Shown here one piece after another: positions 37,890 through 50,912 of a DNA stretch of 64,000 nt. Within the stretch, counting starts at the first letter, position 1, and each line of letters starts with the position of its first letter. The stretch comes from Podarcis tiliguerta. Lineage: Eukaryota. The notes below the pieces were generated by a model. The model searched no databases. It was not told where the DNA came from and was given only the letters and a program-made list of their open reading frames with translations. The stretch lies in the NCBI GenBank assembly GCA_965153285.1, contig OZ229111.1; one strand, written 5' to 3'. Made by a program: the position numbers and the translations under genes.

Positions 37890-38880
37890 TACATTGTCAG
37901 CAGTATGTTGATGACACTCAGCTCTATTTCTCCTTTATATCTACAGGTGAGGCAGTGGAAGTACTGGACCGGTGTCTTGCCTTGATAATGGCCCAGATGA
38001 GAGCCAACAAACTGAAACTCAATCTAGGTAATACTGAGGCAGTGTTAGTAGGTTGTTCCCTAGACCGGATGGGTGGGAGATAACCTGTTCTTGATGGGGT
38101 TACACTTCCTCTGAAGGAGCAGGTTTATAGTTTGGAGGTACTCCTGGGTCCTTTGATGTAACTTGAGGCTCAAGTGGCCTCAGTGGTTAGGGTTAGGGCA
38201 GACTGCCTTCCATCAGCTTTGGCTTTGGGGGTCCAGCTAAACTGGACAGGGATAGCCCAACTACTGTTGTCTATGCTCTGGTAATCTCAGTGTTAGATAA
38301 CTGCAATGCATTATACGTAGGGCTGCCTCTGAAAACAGTTTGGAAACTTCTACTAGTGCAGAATTCAGCAGCCAGGTTGCTCACCGAAGTAAGACGGTGT
38401 GAGCATATTACACCGATCCTGGTCCAACTGCACTGGCTACCCATTAGCTTCTGGGCCCAATTCAACGTGCTTGTTTTGACCTATAAAGCCTTAAAGCGGC
38501 TCACGACCACAATACATCAATGACCACCTCTTTCCATACTCAGACCCTGAGATCATATTCTGAGGCCCTTCTTCATGTGCCTTCTCCACAAGAGGTCTGG
38601 AGGGTGGCAACACGAGAACGGGCTCCGCGTCTCTGGAATGCTCTCCCTAGGGAGGTTCACCTGGCACCTTCATTATACACCTTTAGAAGCCAGGCAAAAA
38701 CGTTCCTCTTTAACCAAGCCTTTGGTTGGTTGACATCCTATGCCCTTTTAAAATGTGTTGGAGGGGTTATTGGGTTGTCCTTGTTTTTATTTTGATTATG
38801 TATTTTGTGGTTTTATATTCCAATTTTATCCTGAAACCTGTGGGTATAGAGCAGTATACCAATTTAATTAAATAATAACA
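37890..38880 (+). mobile_element. L2 LINE 3' ~1 kb fragment (RT C-terminus and tail)
   Basis: QQYVDDTQLY (YADD-like), NKLKLN, LDNCNALYVGLPLKTVWKLLLVQNSAARLLT, LHWLPI, APRLWNALP, (taa)n tail; frameshifted. Confidence 0.9.
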
Positions 38881-38937
38881 TTTGGATTCTAGTCTGTTAT
38901 CCTGGCTGTTGTCAGAAACAAAGCTTTTATTTCTCAC

Positions 38938-39153
38938 CTCAGCAGCGCCATCAGCTGCCTTCTTCAGACCCCATCCATCATTACCCCAGTCATCTGCCAC
39001 TGCCCGATCTGTACAGATGATGAAATTATCAAATAATATGTCAGAGGTCATAGACCATAACTCAAGCCCAAGAGCAGCAAAGGGGGTCATCTTGAAAGGT
39101 TCCAAGTCTTCAAAGAAATCTGGGTTTGGAATCTTTCTTGGCTTCCAGATGCC
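38938..39153 (-). CDS. CANX: CANX coding exon
   Basis: catcag|GGC...GAG|gtgaga; 216 nt; [20 protein letters not shown]...[19 protein letters not shown]...[13 protein letters not shown]. Confidence 0.98.
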
Positions 39154-40018
39154 CTGATGAAGAAACAGAACAATTATAACACAAGAATTCATTTTAATGA
39201 CCCTTCAGAGATTCCTGAACAGATTAGAATACTTCATTTTATTCTTGGCTTATATTCACAATCTTGTTGAACATCTATATATACAATGTACTGTTATTTC
39301 CCTTTGTTTCTTGTTTTGCTATTTTCCCCACTTCTGTCTGTCCACAGAGCAATGGCAGAGCGCATGCTGTGTCTGGAGAAAATCCCAGGTTCAGCTTTTC
39401 ACATCTCCAGGGAGCAGAGTTGTGAAAGACCACTGCCTAGATCCTGTAGATAGAAACTCTCTTATATGGAGATAGATACAGGTCTAAATTCAAATGAGGA
39501 CTCTGTGTATGTATGTGTGTTTTGTTGTTTTTTAACCACTTAGCTTCCTTTCCTGGAAAATTCAGGCACACACCAGTAAAACATTGTTGGATGTATTTTA
39601 ATTCTATCCTGCTCTTAAGACTACGACATGTAACGGCTGTATTTGCACATAATGATACCCCAAGCTTGTTTAGCCAAAATGATTTTCAATTGCTCTTTGC
39701 CCTATGCCCCTGTATCTTGGCAAATTTTTTGTGTGGCATAGCCAACAATCCATGGGTAAGTGAGGCTCTTTGGTTTGGACAAAACACCAAACCATAGTTT
39801 TAAAATGCTATATTTTATTAGCCGATAAACCACTGCACACTGTGGTTTGTTGATGTGCTAGATTCAGAAATTAACTCTGGCTAAACAAACCATGACTCTG
39901 TGTTATGTGTTAACCAGATCATAGTTTAGTCTTAAATAGCTGAAAAAGGTAGCAGAATACAAAGAATGTACCCTGAAATATGAGTATGATATGTAATTTG
40001 TAATACTAGATAATTTAC

Positions 40019-40175
40019 CTGGTAGTTAGGGTTATCGATCATGGGTGCTTTCCATTTGCCTTTATAGTTGGGATTGTCAATTGTGGGACGTTGCCAAGCA
40101 CCACAACCAGGGGCAGATTCACATTTGGGATTTGCAATCTGAGGTGCCTCCCACTCTCCATCCATATCTTCATCC
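40019..40175 (-). CDS. CANX: CANX coding exon (P domain)
   Basis: tttcag|G...CAG|gtaaat; 157 nt; [52 protein letters not shown]. Confidence 0.98.
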
Positions 40176-40739
40176 CTGAAAAAGGTAACACTGTTTTAGG
40201 ACTCCATTTACTTTTAAACAAGAAATTTAAAAGGTCTCTGACCTATGGTAGAAATTTTGATCTAGAAATAATTATCAGTGTTGAAAATCAAAATGATTAC
40301 ACCAATTATGCTAGAATTCCTTACCTTAGCATAATCAAATAAATTCAAAATGTAAGCAAATTCATTTTACAATCAACTTGTGTCAACAATTCAGAAAATG
40401 CGTAATTTAGCTTATTTCCACTATTTAAAGACCACCTTTTGCCAATCTACACTGTTTAATAAAATGAAAACACAGAAGTGAAAACCTATCTTCATTAAAA
40501 AGCACAACATAAGCACATTAAACTGGAACAGCAACAGACACCTCTGATCCAGAGCAAGCTAATCAAATCCACTGTAAAGCTTGGGTGAACAGAAATATTT
40601 TCCCATGACAATGGGAACACGTCAACTAGACAGCCAACTGTGCCTCCAGGGAATGAGTCCTAAAGGCAGGGAACAACCCTCAAGAAGGCTCAACCATTGA
40701 GGGAATGGAAAGTAAAGCCTCCTACGCTGAACTCAATGC

Positions 40740-41060
40740 CCAGGCAGGCTGGTATGCAAAGAGGTGCTCCATCAGATTTCACCAATGCATTCTGCACTAG
40801 CTGCAATTTCCAGAAAGCGTTCATCAAGGATAGCCCTAGAAACAGCACATTAGAGTAGTTGAGATAGGTGGCTGCCAGAGCATGCAAGACTGTGGCGAGG
40901 CTATCCCAAACCACGAATGACTGTAGCCAACAATCTACTCCTTGCCACTAAAGCTACTTGGGCCTCCAATTAGAGAGACGACTCAAGTAGCATTCCCAGG
41001 CTATGAACCTACTCTTTCAAGAAGGAGTCAGACTCAATCCAGAACAGGCCATTAATTTCC
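40740..41060 (-). mobile_element. Degenerate L2 LINE fragment
   Basis: LATVLHALAATYLNYSNVLFLGLSL..WKLQLVQNA, homologous to the other L2 copies. Boundaries approximate. Confidence 0.7.
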
Positions 41061-42639
41061 CAGATCTGGGAGCTACTGCAGAAATAAGTTACAGCAAGAG
41101 CTTGACTGGGACTACAACACTTTCAGAGTTACTCTGACTAGATCTACCTGCAGGTTAGCATCTCCCACCACCAATGTATCAAATGAGCAACCTAGAGTAA
41201 TTTTTGCCTTTACATGCAGCCAGTAAATTCAGGCAGAAGGCTGTATTCAGCCAACACTCACTACCTCTCGTATAACATCCACCAGTAAGGACATGTAAAC
41301 TCCTACCCCCAAGTTACCGCTCAAAAACAGGCAAGTCATGTGTCTCACTCTGCCTCACTGGCTGCATCAGGTAACCAATTGCCCAATTCCAACACCACTG
41401 CCACCTCTAAACATATATATATTCCACCCATCCGGTCTAGCAAAACATCCACTAACAATGCCTCTAAACTGGTGAGATACAAGTAATGTTACAAAGCTTA
41501 TAGGTTTTCCTCAACTACTAAATTCCTCTTATATCTGAGTTTTCTCTCACCCTAGCTAATATAAAATTTGGGAATACATGAAATTTCACAACTTGCTTGC
41601 ACCTTTCTTTGTGTGAGGAACACAATGCTGATCACACTATCTGTAAATCCATTCACAGTTATCTTTCTTTCTTGATTAATCTTATCAACAGCTGCTTAGA
41701 GCAATCTCTTCATCAGGCAAAGTCTTAAAGCTGTTATGCAACCTCCAGCTTTGATTGAACAATAGACCTTGATTGCATCAACTTGTGCATTTGAAAGAAA
41801 GTCTTTTAAGAAACAAATCCAAGAACTTCTGGCTTCGGCCAGTCAGGGCAAGAAGTCACAAGTCAACTATAATCAAATATTAATTCAGATCCATACTCCT
41901 GAACTCCTCATTCTGTTTTCTTTGTGCTGCTCATCTAAAAGAGTTCCAACTGTAACCATGACTAGATGGGCTTCAACTAACTACACATCATGTCCTCCAG
42001 GAGTGATCATATATAATATGAGCGTGCCACAGCAACTCCCATGTATGTCATTCATACAAAATGACAAACATCAACCTGCTCGTTTGCTGACTATCTGGGC
42101 CAGTAGGTATGGTCTTTCAAGTGCCATATTTCAATGATCAAGTTCACTATGACCATTACCCCATTTCATTTCAGTCAAAGAATGGGTACAGACCAAGGGT
42201 TCATGCAATCCAGCCTTCCCCTGTAGTTCAGAAGAGCTGCTGGGCAGCAGTTTGGGGAACGCTGGACTAAGCAGCAGCTTTCCAGAAAGCCCATAGCAGC
42301 ACATTAAGGCAATAGCTCTCACCTGCTTTTGAAAGTGGCAAACAAGCCAAGTGTCTGTCTTAGACCAGTAACAGAATTGTGTTTTTCAATCAGTGAAAAA
42401 AATGAGCCTGAACACACAGAATACATTGAAGTATATCAGGCTATGTTCCACACATACAACTAGATGCCAAGTAGACATATTAAACACAAAACAGAACAGA
42501 AGTTTAAGTACCACACATCTGGAAATATTAGTTGTGGTTACTGAAATGCTCACAACCCCCCCCCCCTATTTTAAGGATCACCAGCAGAGTTACTATTTTA
42601 GTTTGAAGACATTGCAAAGTGGAATCAGTGTTAACTTAC

Positions 42640-42753
42640 CAATCTTCTGGTTTCTCTGCATCAGGATCAGCAACATATTCTGGTTCATCATCTAGCCAAC
42701 CTTCTGGCTTCACAGCATCCTCATCTGGAATCTTAGCAGGAGCATCCTCATCC
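42640..42753 (-). CDS. CANX: CANX coding exon (P domain)
   Basis: cttttag|G...TG|gtaagt; 114 nt; [38 protein letters not shown]. Not in the ORF track. Confidence 0.97.
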
Positions 42754-43319
42754 CTAAAAGATGGAAGAAACCATTAACACTTTCAGGGAGCATGTTGCTC
42801 CAGGCCTGTAGATGTTGGGACCCTCTAGGTCATTTCTGGGTGCAACTCAATGAGTGAATCACCTTACTGTCCCCAACAATTTAAAAGAAGGGTAACTTTG
42901 ATCCTGCCCATCTCGTGGTCAGCTGGAGAGACAGCTGGTAACAATATAAGGGGCATAAAGACTTATTTAGGCAAGCTTTGGTTTGCCTTCTGTTTAGTCT
43001 TTCATTTCCAAGTTATATCTTTTACAATTGTAAGAATTGTGATGTTACTTTATCATTATTTTGGGGGGGGGGTATCATAAGCTATTTGGAGCACTCTGAC
43101 AGAGCATGAGAAGTATGGTTAACAAAATAAGGCCTTGCTACTAGAGAACACCAGTTGTCCTCCATTTTGTCCCCACTCTCAACTTGTTCCTCAGGTCTCC
43201 AGTTGTCTGTAGCTAGCAAGCCAGGAGAGGGTGTGCCTGAAGAACCAGCCACCGCCATCTACTGACAGGGAAAAGAGATCATACTGGCTCTCCTGGCCTG
43301 AGGCTAAGGAGCTCTTTAA

Positions 43320-43688
43320 AAAGGTAAAGGACCCCTGACCGTTAAGTCCAATCACAAACGACTCTGGGGTTGCGGTGCTCATCTCGCTTTACTGGCCGAC
43401 GGAGCCGGCGTTTGTCCGCAGACTCCCCCCCCCCCCCCCGATCATGTGGCCAGCATGACTAAGCCGCTTCTGGCGAAACCAAAGCAGTGCACAGAAATGC
43501 CATTTACCTGCCTGCCAGAGCGGTACCTATTTATCTACTTGCAGTTTGACATGCTTTCAAACTGCTAGGTTGGCAGGAGCAGGGACTGAACAATGGGAGC
43601 TCACCCTGTCGCAGGGATTCAAACCGCCGACCTTCTGATCGGCAAGCCCTAGGCTCAGTGGTTTAGACAACAGCGCCTCTAGCGTCCC
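43320..43688 (-). mobile_element. Sauria SINE (Squam1)
   Basis: Reverse complement runs from gggacgc...gcgctg to ggggtcc tttaccttt; homologous to 60671-61025 and 63432-63786. Confidence 0.9.
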
Positions 43689-44666
43689 AAGAAACTTAGA
43701 TAACATAAAATGCAAAGCAAAATGCAACCAGGACATGTTTTAATTAATTAATTGACTGTTCAGAGCCATGAGTTTTGGTGTGTCTTTCCAACTTGCATCC
43801 AACACCCACATTCAGGATCAAGTACAATTCACAGTCACCCTCCTTCCTCTTTTGTTCATCAGGAGAAAGAAAAACCTATTAGCTGCCACCTGCCACCTTT
43901 CCCTCCTCAGAAAAGTATGCAAAAATCAAGGAGGTTCCAAAAAACCTGTGACTAAAGTTTTCACCTCTTCAAAAAAAAAAAAAAAAGGTGACTGATCCAC
44001 TGGGACCAAGCCAGGCCAAACAAGCTCATGAACAAGTTAACAGGCTGACAGCTGGACTTACTGCTATGTTTTTGTTACTATCACTCTCACTTTGCTAAGG
44101 ATTGGGAAGCAACACAGAAGAATTGGCCTTGCAAAAGTGCTGAAAACTCCCTTCCAAGTTATGTCATCAGCAAGTGAAAGCATAGCAGTGTTACAGATGG
44201 TGACATGAGAGGTAAAATGTGGTGCCATAAACCTGGTTCTTCCAGTCTCTAGCAACTGCTTCCAATCATCCCCCTCTCAGGTGCTAAGCTGGACTACATG
44301 CTGGCATCCCCTGAGCCAGAAAAGCAGGAGGATCAGCAGCAGCTAGCTCAAGGCCTTTCAAACAGCACAGACTGCAGAAAAGACACAGACTTCAGCTGAT
44401 TTGTGACTGACTCTGCAGAACAATAGTCAGACCAACTCCCCTCAGCCCATTTCTAACCTTCCTGAGGTTCAACTACAATCAAGTCTCTGCCCAGTGCTCA
44501 CGCAGATATATGGGAATGTAATTAAGGATTACCTAGAAAACCAGAGAATACGCTAGAAAAACTACACTCCAGTTACTTCCCTTTATGCTTCTTTTCACGC
44601 CACTCTCAGAAAAAGCTGTCATAGCCAGCCTCTCCCAAGGTTCCTTATATTTCAACAGCTACTCAC

Positions 44667-44856
44667 CAATCATCTGGTTTAACAGCATCAGGGTCTGGAA
44701 TCTTAGCTCTCTCATCCCAATCCTCTGGCTTCTGGTCATTTGGGTCCTCTATCTCTCGTGGCGGATTCACGGCAGGGGTCATATCAGAAAGAAGATTCCC
44801 ACTGTTTACAACGGTTTGATCAACCAGGATTTCAAAGCTGTTGTCTGGGTTCAGAA
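44667..44856 (-). CDS. CANX: CANX coding exon
   Basis: atcctag|TT...TG|gtgagt; 190 nt; [27 protein letters not shown]...[22 protein letters not shown]. Confidence 0.98.
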
Positions 44857-45127
44857 CTAGGATGACCAAGGAAAATAAAGTTAACTTGAATACTTTTGAA
44901 AAGAACCTATAAAAATATAGGTTCAAGAAGGTCCATTTCCCTGCTTTATAGTCTACTCTTCTCCTGCAGGAAGTTGTTCTATCATTAAAGGTTTCTTACA
45001 CAGGAAATAAAACTCTTCACTTCCTGCTTTACAATACATTCCATTGTTGCAAACAGCCTCTCCCACATTCCATAAAAGCCGTCTGCACTAGACTTTCACA
45101 TAGAAATCCATTATGTGGTTACTTTAC

Positions 45128-45320
45128 CCAGTGTATAAAGATGAGTCTTCTTATCAGTAAAGTAATTCTTCAAATCAGCATCAGGACGCTTTGCATGCTT
45201 CTCCTCATACATGCCCGTTTTGGGGCTCTTGTGCCGGAAGATGAAGTGCAATTTATAGTCTTCTCCACATTTGTCGGGGCCAAACATAATGGTATAGGGA
45301 GTCTTGTCATGGAATTGATC
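45128..45320 (-). CDS. CANX: CANX coding exon (lectin domain)
   Basis: ttttaag|GAT...G|gtaaag; 193 nt; [31 protein letters not shown]...KKTHLYTL. Confidence 0.98.
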
Positions 45321-46308
45321 CTTAAAAATATAAATATGGCCCAAGCTTCAAACACACAGCATAAGTTAACTTTCAGGACAAGCTCCTAAGCTACATCTTA
45401 TGAACACTTTGATTCTACAAATCTAGAAATCAATAACCTCTGTATAAGCAGACTTACATCAACCAAAATTGTAAAAGTCAAAAAATAAGGCCTTCCTTGT
45501 TAGGAGTATTAATAATGCAATTCAGGAACCTGAAGTTTCAAAAACTGCTGTTAACACTGCACCGACCAACTTATAAGTCATGGATGCTTAGTCAAAAAGC
45601 GAAATTCATGCTACCGATTCTAGGGCATTTATCATGGTATTAGCATATGAGATGTATGAAATGTGCCATCTAGAGTAATCCAAAAGGCAAGGAATTAATA
45701 ATTTTTCAGCAAACACATACTTGGTAGACCACAGAAATCATGAGAATAATGACAGACCCACAAACTGCTCTAACTGTAGATATGTAGGCCAGCAGACTAC
45801 TCTTACAGCCACAACTAGTCCTTGAACATACTCAGTTTGGAAGTGAAGTCCAAAGATGTGCTCACATTACTGCCTTAGAGTGCAGTGACATTCTCCCTCC
45901 CCTGCCCATGCACTTCTTAGCTCCCCCCAGATGTTCACATCAGCGTGGCTTCATTACTGTCAGGTTCTCTGTTTGTGTACACACCAGGAGACACTGAGGG
46001 TGGGAAGGTGGAGATGCACTTACTCTATGCAAAGAAAGGTGTGCACACCTTAACTACAGACAAATTAGGAGTGACTTAAGGATTCCAAACAGTCTGAAGC
46101 TGGTTGGAGAGACAATGCATCAAATAGTAGTATTTTATAACAAAGTACAGGATATGTATTTTGGATAAAAATCATAACCCAGCACTGGAAATGCAGTAAG
46201 TGCACAGTAAACATAATTGTGGATACAGCCCAACACACATTAGGAGCTAAAACTCAGAATGCAACAGCTGTATGAATGAAACTGGAAAACAGTCCGCACA
46301 TCACTTAC

Positions 46309-46390
46309 CAGGTTCAGCTCACGGGTTTTCGAAAGCAGCTTTACATAAGCACCACCACACTCAATTCCATTCTGGAAGTTGACTTCATAC
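46309..46390 (-). CDS. CANX: CANX coding exon
   Basis: acttag|G...CTG|gtaagt; 82 nt; [27 protein letters not shown]. Confidence 0.97.
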
Positions 46391-47000
46391 CTAAGTTTGG
46401 AATATAAAATAATACTCTCATTTTCAAAAGAAAACCCACCTCATTTTTTCCTGAAGACAATGACTCATTTCAAACAACAACCACATCCTCCTTTCACAAC
46501 TGAGACGGCATTTTCCTCGTCTCACCTCATATGCTTCAATTCTTTCTTTGGTGCGACTCAATTCAGAAATGGAACCCCACTTTTAAGCCGTGTTTTTCAA
46601 TTCTGGCTTGCAACAAATCACAATTTTACCAATTCATGTATCACAGCACATACTGGTTTGCCCAAAGCACCAAATGAAAGACAGATCTAGAGTGGAAATC
46701 CGAAGCAAGTCCCTAACTGCCAAACCATGGTTTGAACATTACAAGTGAAGCAAGCTTATAGTCCAGATTGTGAGGAAAGCAAGACATTTTGACTTTGGTT
46801 GTGAAAAAAAGCCCATGGCAGTTTCTATCCATTGTACAGAATCATCGGATTTTGCTGTGAACTGGCAGAACCTGCTTCCACAGAGCTCAGTCCTTATAGG
46901 CCTATATACAATACAGTGAGTGCGTGCATTTCCACTGAACTTAACTGCTCAGTGTACACACCCATTCACTGCTAGATAGAAAATAAAAAGGATCACTTAC

Positions 47001-47142
47001 TGTACAATGAGGGGTTTGGTGTCGAAGACAAAGGGTTTGGTGAGTTTGGCAGAGATTGCATGATGCTTAGCTCGAGAAACCAGCACAAGTCCTTTATCCC
47101 CTGGTAGTTTAGTATCCTTCATTTCCTGCACTTCCCATTTGC
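47001..47142 (-). CDS. CANX: CANX coding exon
   Basis: taatag|GC...CA|gtaagt; 142 nt; [47 protein letters not shown]. Confidence 0.97.
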
Positions 47143-47870
47143 CTATTAAGAAACAGGACAACACATCAGGAAGCCCATTGCTGTTTTAATACTCCATTCA
47201 TAAGAAACCACACACACACACCCCATGTCATTTCTACTCACCATATTTACATAAGGAGCCAAAATTTCATTGCACAAAATATCTACTATTTTTAGAACCC
47301 ATGCGCACAATTCAGCTACCACTGACTGCAATAAACTACAGCTCTAGTTTATGAGAAAATACAACCTTCCACAACACACAAGGAACTTTGCTCAGGAGAG
47401 CCACTCATCCACAACACTGCCTAACTGCAACCTAACAATAAACAAGATTCTATACACATGAAAATGAAATTGTTAGAATCAGGTATGTGCCAAGTGTTAT
47501 AAATGCCAGCTTTATGCCGTGTGTTTTTCACATGAGTGCTGCTGAATAGTTCACAGAAATGTTTAAATGCTCTCCCAGGACTCTGGCCCAGATCTCACTG
47601 ATGCAGTCAATCTGTTTCAGATCTGTACAGTTTTGCAAGTGGGGGCTCATTTGACTGAGTGTTCTTCCATACAAAAAACCTATTTCTTCCACAGAAAATT
47701 TTTTTTAGGAATAAGGCTAGATGGTTTCTATGTGGAAAATATTTTTATTATATTTTTTTATCGGGATGCATGCAATCACATTCCAGATGTAGGTTTATCA
47801 TCTCTGTGAGAACTAGGCCACTAGTGCCACAGCAAGACAAAGGTTTAATTGAGACCTAGTTACATTTGAA

Positions 47871-47984
47871 TCTTAGAATTGTAGAGATGGAAGGGACCAC
47901 AATGATCATCTAGTCGAACCCCCTGCACTGCAGGAATTTTTCTCCCAACGTGGGACTCGAACCCACAACCCTGAGATTAAGATC
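47871..47984 (-). mobile_element. Squam2/POM-like tRNA-derived SINE fragment
   Basis: Reverse complement has B box ggttcgagtccc and a CR1-like tail gactagatgatc...gtcccttccatctctacaattcta; second copy at 62110-62269 (+). Confidence 0.7.
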
Positions 47985-48180
47985 TATTACCCACCTTTCA
48001 CCATAAGGTCCCATGGCATATGATAACAATATAAACAATTGTTATAAAAACAAATAAAACAGTTCTAAACAAAAATACCATCCAGTACTGGGAGGAGGCT
48101 GGGCCAGTTAAAGTAGTTGTGCTTCACTACTAACCCCAGTCATTGCATACAGTGAATACCAAGCAAAGCATTATACTCAC

Positions 48181-48239
48181 CATCATATTTGGCTATTTCA
48201 TCATCTATATCATCCTTCTTAGCTTTAGATAGAACCCAC
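48181..48239 (-). CDS. CANX: CANX coding exon
   Basis: ttttag|G...G|gtgagt; 59 nt; WVLSKAKKDDIDDEIAKYD. Confidence 0.97.
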
Positions 48240-49007
48240 CTAAAATTTAAAAACAGTTGTTGTTTTTTTGTTTTTTATTTAAAGCATTCCCCCCCCCCTC
48301 TTCAGCCAAAAAAGTTCCCAGAGTGGCTGGCAATCATTAACAAGCAAGCCAGTCCCTGCCCTCAGGTTTATAATCTAAAAAACATAGCAAAAAAGGAGAA
48401 GGGGGGAAAGAAGGGTAAAGGAAGACAAGCAAACTGAGGCACCAGATATGAGAGCGTTGCATAGCTTAAATGTGTTTAAACACCTTTTTATCTTCTGTAA
48501 TTGCATAATTTAGTGAATTAGTATGTCTTGCAACAAATTCAATAAATATGCATATTACCACATGTCCATCATTTGAAATATTTAAGTCTAAGAACTTGCA
48601 ACTGAATGGCTCACTGCTAACAAACTGCTGGCTCTGTGACTGGTGCACTATAACTAAGATATACTTCGGCAGAGATGTAAGGCAGGGCCTTCCGTTTCAA
48701 CACCTAGGCTTTGAAATGCCAGGCCCTAAGACACACATCTTCAACCTTTTCAGACCCAGGACCTGCTTTTAATCCCCACATGCATCTGAAGACCCGCTTC
48801 TTAATCTTTTACCATGTATTTGCATGGTAGTGCACTGTGAGTATTGGTTGCTGCCAAGTACGTGTGTCCATTTTGCTTTGACTTTGTTTAGAATTGCTTT
48901 TTTGTTATGTGAGCCCCACTGAGGCAAAAGGGATATAAATGCTTTTAATGCACACAACAGAAAGATCTCTCTGTAAATCTACTAACACCTCTTGGGCTTA
49001 AACTTAC

Positions 49008-49081
49008 CCTTCTAAAGTTCCTTTATCGAAGTTCTCGGCAAAATAAACGTCTCCTGTTGGGACTGGGGCCTTATAGGTAAC
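49008..49081 (-). CDS. CANX: CANX coding exon
   Basis: aatcag|GTT...GG|gtaagt; 74 nt; VTYKAPVPTGDVYFAENFDKGTLEG. Confidence 0.97.
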
Positions 49082-50111
49082 CTGATTGAGAAAGATGTCC
49101 GATATACCTTGATAAGTGATATCTTGAACAATATTATAAACCAATTCATATCATTTGTGATCAAGTAGAATTGACAAATATGCTTTTGGGTACACAATGC
49201 ACTTGTTTTGACAGCACAAGTATTTCCGTTAGTGCAATAAAACTTCCCCTCCCTCTCCAAATTGGCTCTGAAGAGCTGGGGTAACCTCCTGAACAGATTT
49301 GGGGTTGGGGAAAAGGAGAGGCAGGAGAAGTTCTGTGGCATGGGCAAAAGTCCTTGTGCTAATGGAACATATTGGATACTGCCCATAGTTTGTATGTTAA
49401 TATCCCAAACTATTCCACTTCGTATTGAACAGCTCTTCACTGGAAAAAACACTACAAATAATGGTTTAGAAATTTGAACTACACTAGCAATTCATAGGCT
49501 AGTAGTGAATGAAATATTAGAACTACCACAAGGGGATGTCCCTCTCCCCTTGCACCATCCCCAAATCTGCTCTGGAGCCGCTCTAGTTACGGACTATTCG
49601 GGGTGCGAATGGCACCCCAGAACGGATCATGTCCGCAACTGGAGGTACCACTGTACAGCACAAAGCTATGTTGCATTGCTATAATGTTTTGGTATAGTTC
49701 TATGATGGCAACATAAACTGTTAATATAGTTGTATTACTGTTTCCAAGCATAGCTAATTCCAATGTACATGATGCTACTTTCCCACTGATATCATCTGTA
49801 TCACATTCACATGTCGACAAAGCCTGCTCTGTCCAATTTCCACATTAATCTGCACAGAACCAGATTTAAACAGATGTTTTTGAATGTGTTCTCACTAAAT
49901 AAGCATTTCTAAGCATATATGCATTTTTCCATGCAGTCTGGTTTGTTTCTAGGCCCAACAACTACATCACACAAGTAAAACTATCTTCTGATCCACACAG
50001 TCATCCAGAAGACATTGAATGGATCAGTTCAAACTAGAACTCAGAAGAATAAGTTCCCCAAGCATCCCGCCAGATAATAGCAGACTACAACTCCCATCAT
50101 TCCTTACCTTT

Positions 50112-50342
50112 TTTAAAAATAATATTTATTACTTTTTGAACAATTTAAACACTACAAAACAAAACAAAAAGAACAAAAAAATAACAATACAATACAAAGA
50201 CACTACATAACACTAACACATTAAACTAACAAAGCCAAACAAAAACAGTTTAAAACGCTCAAACAGTTTCAATATCTTGTCTTTCATTCACTTATTTCAC
50301 CGACCTCCTCTCACCTCCCTTTTTGTATTCCACTTCTATCAA
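50112..50342 (-). mobile_element. Short 5'-truncated non-LTR retroelement tail (L1-like) inserted in a palindromic MITE
   Basis: Flanked by an 18-bp direct repeat ccatcattccttaccttt (50094-50111 and 50343-50360); A-rich end on the minus strand. Confidence 0.7.
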
Positions 50343-50723
50343 CCATCATTCCTTACCTTTGGCTATTTTGGCTGGGGCTGTTGGGAGATGCAGTCCAAAA
50401 CATATGGATAGCACCACATGGGCTTTCCTTACACTACACCCCTGCAAACAGCACAAAGCTTTAAACAACAGGAGAAGCCTCTCTGGACAGTGAAGCAACT
50501 TAAGTTGGGATGCAGGAATTTTCCACATCTTTTCAAGAAGCAAGTTCTAGCAGCCAAAGGAAAGCAACAACTTGGAAGAGAGTGCACCATACTCAGATAA
50601 TGGGCCGGTTAAAATTAGAATTATAGCTAGAAAGCTGCAGACCTGGTCCAATCATCAGAATGAAGGAACTTGCTAATAATTTCCATCTGGAGATCTACAC
50701 TTGAATTAAGTATTCAAACAAAC

Positions 50724-50912
50724 CTTAGGGAGTGGGGGTGGAGTGCTCGCTTCATGCTTCAACTCTTCTACCTCTTCAACGCCATCATCAAGGTCATCTT
50801 CAATATCTATTACGTCGTCGTCGTCATGATCGTGATCGTGAGTTTCATGTGCCAGGATAGCAGATGCTCCAGCTAACAGCAATGCTGCACACAGCAACCA
50901 CTTCTGCTTCAT
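50724..50912 (-). CDS. CANX: CANX first coding exon (signal peptide)
   Basis: gcatag|accATG (exon begins 50915), donor AAG|gtttgt; MKQKWLLCAALLLAGASAILAHETHDHDHDDDDVIDIEDDLDD...PPPLPK; 189 coding nt. Confidence 0.97.

Noticed and set aside
38290-38795. Short ORFs inside CANX introns as independent genes
   Set aside because: They are frameshifted L2 ORF2 fragments. Most other 60-120 aa ORFs in the track are TE-derived, antisense to exons or random.
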